A stretch of DNA of 64,000 nt from an uncultured Clostridia bacterium (lineage in GTDB: Bacteria > Bacillota > Clostridia > TANB77 > CAG-508): positions 72,245-136,244 of the forward strand of contig CAKPOF010000004.1 in NCBI GenBank assembly GCA_934169725.1, given 5' to 3'. The notes below the pieces were generated by a model. That model was not told the DNA's origin and did not search any database. It worked only from the letters and a program-made list of their open reading frames with translations. Each line of letters opens with the position of its first letter. The first letter of the stretch is position 1. This document shows positions 56,086 through 64,000 of the stretch, piece after piece. A program made the position numbers and the translations under genes.

Positions 56086-59000
56086 GTGGACGAATTAGAT
56101 ATTTTTAATAAATTAAAAATAGGAATTGCATCAGATGAAAAAATTAGAGAGTGGTCAAAAGGTGAAGTAAAAAAGCCAGAGACAATAAACTATAGAACTT
56201 TAAAACCAGAAAAAGATGGATTATTCTGTGAAAGAATATTTGGACCTACAAAAGACTGGGAATGTCATTGTGGTAAATATAAAAGAGTAAGATATAAAGG
56301 AATAGTATGTGATAGATGTGGTGTTGAAGTAACAAAAGCTAAAGTTAGAAGAGAAAGAATGGGACATATTGAACTTGCAGCACCAGTAGCACATATATGG
56401 TATTTTAAAGGTATACCAAGTAGAATAGCTTTAATGCTTGATATTTCACCAAGAAATCTAGAAAAAATTATTTATTTTGCATCATATGTTGTAATAGATA
56501 AAGGTGAAACAGGATTAGAAAAATGTCAAGTTTTAAATGAAAAAGAATACCATGAAGCTGAAGAAAAATATGGTAGAGGTTCATTTAAGGCTAAAATGGG
56601 AGCAGAAGCATTAAGAGAATTATTAGAAAAAATTGATTTAGATGAATTATCAAAAAAAATCAAAAAAGAATTAGAAAAAGCAAGTGAACAAAAAAGAGTA
56701 AAATTAGTAAAAAGATTAGATACTGTAGAAGCATTTAGAATTTCAGGAAACAGACCTGAATGGATGGTTATGAATGTGGTTCCAGTTATTCCACCAGAAT
56801 TAAGGCCAATGGTTCAATTAGATGGTGGTAGATTTGCTACATCTGATTTAAATGACTTATATAGAAGAGTTATTAACAGAAATAATAGATTGAAAAGATT
56901 ATTAGAATTAGGTGCTCCAGAAATAATCGTAAGAAATGAAAAAAGAATGTTACAAGAATCTGTAGATGCATTGATTGATAATGGTAGAAGAGGTAGACCT
57001 GTAACAGGTGCTGGAAATAGACCATTAAAATCTTTATCAGATTTATTAAAAGGAAAACAAGGACGTTTCCGTCAAAACTTATTAGGAAAACGTGTTGATT
57101 ATTCAGGACGTTCAGTTATAGTTGTAGGACCAGAATTAAATATTTATCAATGTGGTTTACCAAAAGAAATGGCAGTAGAATTATTCAAACCATTTGTAAT
57201 GAGGGAATTAGTTGGTAGAGGAATTGCTCAAAATATAAAAAATGCTAAAAGAATGGTAGAAAGATTAAGACCAGAAGTATGGGGAATATTAGAGGAAGTT
57301 ATAAAAGACCATCCTGTAATGTTAAACCGTGCACCAACATTACATAGATTAGGTATACAAGCATTTGAACCAGTACTAGTAGAAGGTAGAGCAATCAAAC
57401 TTCACCCATTAGTTTGTGAAGCTTTTAATGCCGATTTCGATGGTGACCAAATGGCTGTACATTTACCATTATCACCTGAAGCACAAGCAGAATCAAGATA
57501 TTTAATGCTTTCAACAAATAACTTATTAAAACCACAAGATGGTAAACCAGTTGCAGTACCAAGATTGGACATGATTTTAGGAAGTTACTATTTAACAATG
57601 GTTTTAGATGGAGAAAAAGGTGAAGGAACATATTATAAAGATCCAGAAGAAGCATTAATGGCTTATGAAAATCATGAAGTAGGAATTCATGCAAAAATAT
57701 TTGTAAGAATTTCTAAAGAAATTGATGGAGAAATTAAAACTCAAAAAGTTGAAACAAGTGTAGGAAGAATAATATTTAACCAAGGAATACCACAAGATTT
57801 AGGATTTATAGATAGAGAAGAAGATCCTTTCCAATATGAAATTAGCTTCCCTGTTATGAAAAAATCAATGGGAAATATAATTGAAAGAGTAATTAGAACA
57901 CACGGATTAGTAGAATCAGCAGAAGTAATAGATTATATTAAAGCATTAGGATTTAAATATTCAACAGTAGCAGGTATAACATTCTCAATGAGTGATGTTC
58001 AAGTGCCAGAAGCTAAAAAAGGATTATTAAAAGAAGCAGATAGTAAAATTGAAAATATTAGAAAACAATATGCAAGAGGTTTAATTACAAACGATGAACG
58101 TTATTCAGAAGTTATTAAAGTATGGGAAAGTACAACAAATCAAGTTAGTGATGCCATGGAAGATAACTTTGATGAATTAAACCCTATATATATGATGGTT
58201 AAATCAGGAGCCAGAGGTAATATGAGCCAGTTAAGACAAATTGCAGGTATGCGTGGACTTATGGCAAGTACAACTGGTAAAGCGGTAGAAATACCAATTA
58301 AATCATCATTCGCTGAAGGACTAGATGCATTGGAATACTTTATTTCAGCTCATGGGGCTCGTAAAGGACTTTCAGATACAGCTTTAAGAACAGCCGATTC
58401 AGGATATTTAACAAGAAGATTGGTTGATGTATCACAAGATATAATTGTTAGAGAACATGATTGTGGTACAGAGGATGGAATTGTAATTTATGACATAAAA
58501 GATGGACAACAAATAATCGAAAAAATGCAAGAAAGATTATTAGGAAGATATGTGGTAGAAGATGTATATAATCCACAAACAAAAGAACTAATTGTGGATA
58601 CAAATACAATGATAACAGAAAAAATTGCAGATGAAATCGTATCAGCAGGAATTGAAAGATTAAAAGTACGTTCAGTTCTTGGATGTAGATCAAAACATGG
58701 TGTATGTCAAAAATGTTATGGTATGGGATTGGCAAGAAGAGATTTAGTTTCAATTGGTGAAGCTATCGGTATTATAGCAGCACAATCAATTGGTGAACCA
58801 GGTACACAGCTTACAATGAGAACAATTCACTCTGGTGGTGTAGCAGGTGTAGCAGATATTACACAAGGTCTTCCAAGGGTTGAAGAATTATTTGAAGCTA
58901 GAAAACCAAAGGGACTTGCAATTATTTCTGAAATAGATGGAAAAGTAAAAATTAAAGAAACAAAGAAAAAGAAAGAAGTTATTGTTACAGGAAATGATAA

Positions 59001-59637
59001 CGCAAAAACTTATACAATACCATTTGGTTCAAAAATGAAAGTAAAAGATGGTGATGTGGTAGAAGTTGGTCAACCATTAATTGAAGGATCAATAAATCCA
59101 GCTGAAATCTTAACATTAAAAGGACCAGAAGGAGTATATGAATACTTGATTTCAGAAGTACAAAAAGTATATAGAAATCAAGGTGTTGATATCAATGACA
59201 AACATATTGAAGTTATTGGTAGACAAATGCTTAAAAAAGTTAGAGTTGAAGATAATGCAGATACAGATATGTTCCCAGGAGCATTAGTTGATATGTATGA
59301 CTTCGAAGACAAAAACAATGAAGCAATAGCAGAAGGTAAGAGACCTGCAACAGGAAAACGAGTATTATTAGGAATAACAAAAGCAGCATTAGCAACAGAA
59401 AGTTTCTTATCTGCAGCATCATTCCAAGAAACAACAAGAGTTTTAACAGATGCAGCAGTTAAAGGTAAAGTAGATGATTTAGTTGGATTAAAAGAAAATG
59501 TAATCATCGGTAAATTAATACCAGCAGGAACAGGAATGCAAAAATATCAAAATATTCATATAAATACTGAAAAAGAACCAGAAACAGAACCAGAAAAAGA
59601 GACAGAAGAAGTTGCAGATACTGAAAATATGGAATAA
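56086..59637 (+). CDS. rpoC: DNA-directed RNA polymerase beta-prime subunit
   Basis: 1183 aa with a GTG start after GAGGGGGA. Zinc-binding [15 protein letters not shown] and the catalytic [12 protein letters not shown]. Confidence 0.97.
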   Translation: MDELDIFNKLKIGIASDEKIREWSKGEVKKPETINYRTLKPEKDGLFCERIFGPTKDWECHCGKYKRVRYKGIVCDRCGVEVTKAKVRRERMGHIELAAPVAHIWYFKGIPSRIALMLDISPRNLEKIIYFASYVVIDKGETGLEKCQVLNEKEYHEAEEKYGRGSFKAKMGAEALRELLEKIDLDELSKKIKKELEKASEQKRVKLVKRLDTVEAFRISGNRPEWMVMNVVPVIPPELRPMVQLDGGRFATSDLNDLYRRVINRNNRLKRLLELGAPEIIVRNEKRMLQESVDALIDNGRRGRPVTGAGNRPLKSLSDLLKGKQGRFRQNLLGKRVDYSGRSVIVVGPELNIYQCGLPKEMAVELFKPFVMRELVGRGIAQNIKNAKRMVERLRPEVWGILEEVIKDHPVMLNRAPTLHRLGIQAFEPVLVEGRAIKLHPLVCEAFNADFDGDQMAVHLPLSPEAQAESRYLMLSTNNLLKPQDGKPVAVPRLDMILGSYYLTMVLDGEKGEGTYYKDPEEALMAYENHEVGIHAKIFVRISKEIDGEIKTQKVETSVGRIIFNQGIPQDLGFIDREEDPFQYEISFPVMKKSMGNIIERVIRTHGLVESAEVIDYIKALGFKYSTVAGITFSMSDVQVPEAKKGLLKEADSKIENIRKQYARGLITNDERYSEVIKVWESTTNQVSDAMEDNFDELNPIYMMVKSGARGNMSQLRQIAGMRGLMASTTGKAVEIPIKSSFAEGLDALEYFISAHGARKGLSDTALRTADSGYLTRRLVDVSQDIIVREHDCGTEDGIVIYDIKDGQQIIEKMQERLLGRYVVEDVYNPQTKELIVDTNTMITEKIADEIVSAGIERLKVRSVLGCRSKHGVCQKCYGMGLARRDLVSIGEAIGIIAAQSIGEPGTQLTMRTIHSGGVAGVADITQGLPRVEELFEARKPKGLAIISEIDGKVKIKETKKKKEVIVTGNDNAKTYTIPFGSKMKVKDGDVVEVGQPLIEGSINPAEILTLKGPEGVYEYLISEVQKVYRNQGVDINDKHIEVIGRQMLKKVRVEDNADTDMFPGALVDMYDFEDKNNEAIAEGKRPATGKRVLLGITKAALATESFLSAASFQETTRVLTDAAVKGKVDDLVGLKENVIIGKLIPAGTGMQKYQNIHINTEKEPETEPEKETEEVADTENME

Positions 59638-59642
59638 AATAA

Positions 59643-59686
59643 AAAGACAAATTGCACAATTTAATGTGTAGTTTGTCTTTTTTATA
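59643..59686. terminator. Bidirectional terminator after rpoC
   Basis: AAAAGACAAA..[inner CACA..TGTG stem]..TTTGTCTTTT followed by a T-run. It is convergent with the minus-strand ORF at 59703. Confidence 0.75.
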
Positions 59687-59702
59687 AATAAATATATTAT
59701 TA

Positions 59703-59924
59703 CTAAGTTGATGTATTGTTTAATGTATCTAGGTAAATTTGGTCAACATTATTAATATCTTTTTCATATTCTTTTTTTATTTTATCAGTTTCTGAAGCTT
59801 GGGCTTGAATTTTATTACTGCTATTAAAATATAAACTAGATAAAATAATTAAAAAGAAAAGTATTGCTAATAATATGAATAGAGTTATAGCACCATTTTC
59901 ATTTTTAAAAAATTTTTTTCGCAT
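59703..59924 (-). CDS. Small (73-aa) membrane protein with a pseudopilin-like N-terminus
   Basis: RBS AAGGAGA. MRKKFFKNENGAITLFILLAILFFLIILSS resembles the NG-ITL-hydrophobic leader of the 448-aa protein at 50206. Confidence 0.5.
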   Translation of the reverse strand: MRKKFFKNENGAITLFILLAILFFLIILSSLYFNSSNKIQAQASETDKIKKEYEKDINNVDQIYLDTLNNTST

Positions 59925-60059
59925 AGTATAATCTCCTTAATTTATAAAATCTTATAACTATTGTAATATAGTTATAAGAAAAAAGCAATTATTAATTAAT
60001 AAAGTTTACAAAAAGAAGTAATATAATTACTAGTTATAACTATATTAGACAGAATATTT

Positions 60060-60208
60060 AAAATTAATACTATATTATTTTTTTTCATACCTTGGTGTCG
60101 CAATCTGCATATTAAATTTAATAGTATGTAGATTGCTCCAAATCGCACTCAAATACGCTCGTTTGATCGCTTACGCGGTATTTCAAAAAATAATATAGTA
60201 TTAATTTT
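60060..60208 (+). repeat. Full-length copy D of the structured intergenic repeat family
   Basis: Perfect 24-bp arms AAAATTAATACTATATTATTTTTT (60060-60083) / AAAAAATAATATAGTATTAATTTT (60185-60208) enclose the core CATACCTTGGTGTCGCAATCTGCATATTAAATTTAATAGTATGTAGATTGCTCCAAATCGCACTCAAATACGCTCGTTTGATCGCTTACGCGGTATTTC. Confidence 0.85.
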
Positions 60209-60331
60209 AAAAAACGACAAATTAGTTGTAAAATTTAGTATAATCTGATTCTTGCAAAGTGCTATAAAACTTGACAAATTGGCTATTTGAAAGTAAAATA
60301 TAATAGAATAATTAAAAGGAGAAATTTGTTC

Positions 60332-62359
60332 ATGCAAAATACAAATAGAAAGATTTTTGATAAATTATTATCAAAAACAAAATTATATTTGGCAATTATA
60401 TTTATATTGTTGGTAATTGTATGTATAGAAAATGTAAGTATGATTATACCTTCAGTATTAATATTTTTAGTAGTAGTAGCATATTCATATTATGCCAATA
60501 ATAGAAGAAGAAGTGAGATATCAGAAACATTGCAAGATTTAACATCATCAGTAGATACAGCAGCCAAAAGTAGTCTGATAAATTCTCCATTTCCATTAAT
60601 TATATTAGAATCAAATGGGAATATAATTTGGAGAAGTTCAAAATTTATATTAGAATTTAATAAGTTTGATATTAACACATATTTAAATGGATTAATTGAA
60701 GATATAAAGTTAGATATTAAAGAAATAGAAAAAAATAATAGTAAGGAAAAACAAATATCTAAACATGTAGAAATAAACAATAAAAATTATAAAATTTTAG
60801 GTAAATTTGTGCATTCAAGAAGATATGATAAAAAACATGATGATAAATATATGATGATATTATATTTTATAAACGAAACAGAGAATTTAAAATTGCAGAA
60901 AGAATATAGAGATTCAAAATCATGTGTATCTGTTATGATGATAGATAATTATGAAGAAACAATGCAACAATTAGAGAGTGAAGAAAAACCACAAGTTACT
61001 GCAGAAATAGATAAATGTATATATGAATGGACAGACAAATCTAATGGTATTTTAATAAAAGCTGATAGAGATAGATATGTATATTTATTTGAACAAAGAT
61101 ATCTAGAAAAAGTAAAAGAGGATAAATTTAGTGTACTAGATAAAGTAAAAGATATTAAAACAAAGGAAAATGTTCAAATTACATTAAGTATTGCGATTTC
61201 AACTGATGGTTCAACAGATAAAGATAAATATAAATCTTCTCAAGAAGCAATGGATGTTGTATTAGGAAGAGGCGGAGATCAAGCTGTTATTAGAGAAAAT
61301 GAAATTTATAAATTTTATGGTGGAAGAACTCAAGAGGTTGAAAGAAGAACAAAAGTTAAAGCTAGAGTTGTTGCACATGCACTAGAAAATTTAATAAAAA
61401 ATTCTACAAAAATAATGATTATGGGACACACAAATCCTGATATTGATTCTATGGGCTCAAGTATGGGAATTTATAGATTAGCTAAAAGTTTAGGAAAAAA
61501 AGCATATATTATAGATAGCAATGAAACAAATACATTGCAAAACTTTAAAAAATCTTTATCAAGAGAAGCAGAATATGAGGATGTATTAATTAGCAAAGAA
61601 GTAGCAGAAGAAAATGTAGATAAGGAAACTTTAGTTGTAATTGTAGATACACATAAAAATAATTATGTAGAAGCACCAGAATTATTGAAAAGAACAGATA
61701 AAGTTGTAATAATAGATCATCATAGAAGAAGTGCAGATTATATTGAAAATGCAACATTAATTTTCCAAGAAGTTTATGCTTCTTCTGCAGCAGAATTGGT
61801 AACAGAACTATTACAATATGCTGAGGCGAAAATTGAATTAACTAGAATTGAAGCAGAAAGTTTGTATGCTGGAATTATGATGGATACAAAAAACTTTACT
61901 TTTAAAACTGGAGTTAGAACTTTTGAAGCAGCTGCATATTTGCGTAGATGTGGAGTTAATATTATAAGAGTAAAAAAATGGTTCCAAAGTAATTTAGATA
62001 CATTTAATAAAATAGCAGATATAGTAAAAAATGCAGAAATTGTTAATGAAACAATAGCAATAGCTTGTTATGATAAAAAAGAAAAAGATGCAAGTTTAAT
62101 ATGTGCTAAAGCAGCAGATGAATTATTAACAATTAGTGATATTACAGCATCATTTGTTATTGGTAATAATGGTAATAAAATATGTATTAGTGGTAGATCT
62201 ATAGGTGATATAAATGTACAAGTAATTCTAGAAAAATTAGGTGGAGGAGGTCATATCACATTAGCTGGAGCTCAGGTAGAAGGTATGACAATGGAAGAAA
62301 CAAAACAAGAATTAATAAATAGAATTAACGAGTACTTTTCAGAAATTGATAGAAAATAA
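60332..62359 (+). CDS. gdpP: Cyclic-di-AMP phosphodiesterase GdpP (YybT; DHH/DHHA1 family)
   Basis: 675 aa from the ATG after AAAGGAGA. Two N-terminal TM segments, then DHH motifs GHTNPDIDSMGS, VDTH and IIDHHRR, and DHHA1 GGGGH. It occupies the conserved position upstream of rplI-dnaB. Confidence 0.88.
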   Translation: MQNTNRKIFDKLLSKTKLYLAIIFILLVIVCIENVSMIIPSVLIFLVVVAYSYYANNRRRSEISETLQDLTSSVDTAAKSSLINSPFPLIILESNGNIIWRSSKFILEFNKFDINTYLNGLIEDIKLDIKEIEKNNSKEKQISKHVEINNKNYKILGKFVHSRRYDKKHDDKYMMILYFINETENLKLQKEYRDSKSCVSVMMIDNYEETMQQLESEEKPQVTAEIDKCIYEWTDKSNGILIKADRDRYVYLFEQRYLEKVKEDKFSVLDKVKDIKTKENVQITLSIAISTDGSTDKDKYKSSQEAMDVVLGRGGDQAVIRENEIYKFYGGRTQEVERRTKVKARVVAHALENLIKNSTKIMIMGHTNPDIDSMGSSMGIYRLAKSLGKKAYIIDSNETNTLQNFKKSLSREAEYEDVLISKEVAEENVDKETLVVIVDTHKNNYVEAPELLKRTDKVVIIDHHRRSADYIENATLIFQEVYASSAAELVTELLQYAEAKIELTRIEAESLYAGIMMDTKNFTFKTGVRTFEAAAYLRRCGVNIIRVKKWFQSNLDTFNKIADIVKNAEIVNETIAIACYDKKEKDASLICAKAADELLTISDITASFVIGNNGNKICISGRSIGDINVQVILEKLGGGGHITLAGAQVEGMTMEETKQELINRINEYFSEIDRK

Positions 62360-62380
62360 TTAAAAAAGGAGAAAATGATT

Positions 62381-62830
62381 ATGAAAGTAATTTTAAAAGC
62401 AGATATAAAAGGTGTAGGGAAAAAAGATCAAGTTATAAACGCATCTGATGGATATGCAAGAAATTTTTTGTTTCCTAAAAATTTAGCTGTAGAAGCTAAT
62501 AGAGAAAATATGAGTAAATTACAATCAAAACAAAATTCAGCTAAATATCAAAAAGATCAAGAAAAAGAGGAAGCAAAAAAAATAGCAGACAAACTTTCAA
62601 AAATAATGTTAAAAATAAATGTAAAAGCAGGAGAAAATGGAAAAATATTTGGTGGTGTATCTAGCAAAGAAATAGCACAAGAATTATCTAAACAATATAA
62701 AATAAATGTAGATAAAAAGAAAATTGACTTAAAAGAAACAATTAAGACACTTGGAGTACACAATATTGAAATAAAATTATTTGAAAATGTACTAGGAACT
62801 CTAAAAGTAAATGTTATTTCAGAAAAATAA
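62381..62830 (+). CDS. rplI: 50S ribosomal protein L9
   Basis: 149 aa. MKVILKADIKGVGKKDQVINASDGYARNFLFPKNLA is the canonical L9 N-terminus. Confidence 0.95.
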   Translation: MKVILKADIKGVGKKDQVINASDGYARNFLFPKNLAVEANRENMSKLQSKQNSAKYQKDQEKEEAKKIADKLSKIMLKINVKAGENGKIFGGVSSKEIAQELSKQYKINVDKKKIDLKETIKTLGVHNIEIKLFENVLGTLKVNVISEK

Positions 62831-62863
62831 AATAATTTTAAATTATTTATTGGAGGAGTAGTA

Positions 62864-64000
62864 ATGGAAATAGGAAAAGTACCACCACATGATGTGGAAG
62901 CAGAACAGGCCGTTTTAGGAAGTATGCTTACAGATAAAGATGCAGTTATTTCTGCAATAGAAATATTACATGCAAACGATTTTTATAGAACAGATAATAA
63001 GTCTATATATGAAGCTATAATAAATTTATATAATAGAGCAGAACCGGTAGATATTATTACTGTAAAAGCTGAATTGGAATCTTTAGGAAAGTTTGATCAA
63101 GTAGGTGGATTAGAATATTTGGCTAGTTTACCTGAAAAAGTTCCTACAACAGCAAATGCTATAAAATATATAAAAATAGTTGAAGAAAAATCAACACTAA
63201 GAAATTTAATAAAAACAGCAAATGAAATAATAGAAATGGGATATGATCCAACAGAAGATGTTTCTGATATTATGGAAGGTGCAGAGAAAAAAATATTTAA
63301 TATTATGCAAAACAATGAGAAAAAAAGTTATACACCAATAAAAGATGTATTAGTTGATAGTTTTACTCAATTAGAAGAATTGTATAATAGAAAACAACAT
63401 ATTACTGGTGTTCCATCAGGTTTTATAGAATTAGATTATAAAACAGCAGGATTTCATGGTTCAGATTTAGTATTAATTGCGGCAAGACCTGCAATGGGAA
63501 AATCAGCGTTTGCATTAAATATAGCAACAAATGCTGCTGTTAGGTCAAATGTTCCAGTTGTATTATTTAGTTTAGAGATGTCAAAAGAACAAATGGTAAA
63601 CAGAATTTTATGTAGTGAAGCGATGGTAGATAGTAATAAAGTAAGAACAGGTAAACTTGAAGAAGATGATTGGACAAAATTAGCAGGAAGTATAGGACCA
63701 TTATCAGATGCTGAAATATATATTGATGATACACCAGGTATTTCGGTAACAGAAATTAGAGCAAAATGTAGAAAGTTAAAATTAGAAAAAAATATTGGTA
63801 TGGTTGTAATAGATTACTTGCAATTGGTTCAAGGGACAAATAAAAGAAATGGAAGCCGTGAGCAAGAAATTTCGGAAATTAGTAGATCTTTAAAAATACT
63901 AGCAAAGGAATTAAATATACCAGTAATAGCATTATCACAGTTATCAAGAGCTGTAGAACAAAGACCAGATCATAGACCAATGTTATCAGATTTAAGAGAG
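62864..64000 (+). CDS. dnaB: Replicative DNA helicase (DnaB family; DnaC in Bacillus nomenclature), 3' end outside the window
   Basis: The ATG at 62864 follows GGAGGAG. VPPHDVEAEQAVLGSML, Walker A ARPAMGKSAF, VVIDYLQL and ALSQLSRAVEQR. The frame is open to the end of the window and is not in the supplied ORF table. Confidence 0.95.
   Translation, partial: MEIGKVPPHDVEAEQAVLGSMLTDKDAVISAIEILHANDFYRTDNKSIYEAIINLYNRAEPVDIITVKAELESLGKFDQVGGLEYLASLPEKVPTTANAIKYIKIVEEKSTLRNLIKTANEIIEMGYDPTEDVSDIMEGAEKKIFNIMQNNEKKSYTPIKDVLVDSFTQLEELYNRKQHITGVPSGFIELDYKTAGFHGSDLVLIAARPAMGKSAFALNIATNAAVRSNVPVVLFSLEMSKEQMVNRILCSEAMVDSNKVRTGKLEEDDWTKLAGSIGPLSDAEIYIDDTPGISVTEIRAKCRKLKLEKNIGMVVIDYLQLVQGTNKRNGSREQEISEISRSLKILAKELNIPVIALSQLSRAVEQRPDHRPMLSDLRE

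Overview
Very AT-rich chromosomal segment (mostly well under 30% GC by eye) from an endospore-forming, low-GC Firmicute, probably Clostridia-like. This is inferred from spoIIE, CotF-type coat proteins, mecA and the origin-proximal gdpP-rplI-dnaB block. Gene order: a 5'-truncated SMC/YhaN-like ATPase, prfA, a frameshifted ZIP metal transporter, then a small islet of higher GC (LRR gene remnant, XRE regulator, 114-aa orphan with a strongly operator-decorated promoter). Next come pcrA, two CotF-type genes, an M23 peptidase, mecA, and the cell-shape cluster DUF4321-radC-mreB-mreC-mreD-PBP2-minC, with no minD or minE. A 20-kb block follows with four giant surface-protein genes arranged as two paralogous pairs (A-B, A'-B'). 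After that: spoIIE, a WG-repeat protein, a 409-aa orphan, acpS, tatD, htpX, lemA, a G5/3D cell-wall protein, xth, an AI-2E transporter, a small multidrug-export-family protein, a pilin-like/FGE-sulfatase fusion, rpoB-rpoC (detached from the ribosomal-protein operons), a small pilin-like ORF, and gdpP-rplI-dnaB (3'-truncated). I found no rRNA, tRNA, CRISPR array, transposase, integrase or recognisable defence system. Two signals stand out. (1) A repeat family I do not recognise: a roughly 100-nt core richer in GC than its surroundings, with a conserved hairpin fold supported by compensatory substitutions. Each full copy sits inside its own perfect AT palindrome. There are three full copies plus truncated or vestigial copies, all intergenic and in one orientation. 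(2) The duplicated two-gene surface-protein module, which has non-canonical xxxTG anchoring signals, a possible thioester-type N-terminal domain, and a shared array of ATGTAAY boxes about 100 bp upstream of both predicted promoters. All calls rest on reading the sequence and the supplied ORF translations. No database searches were run.
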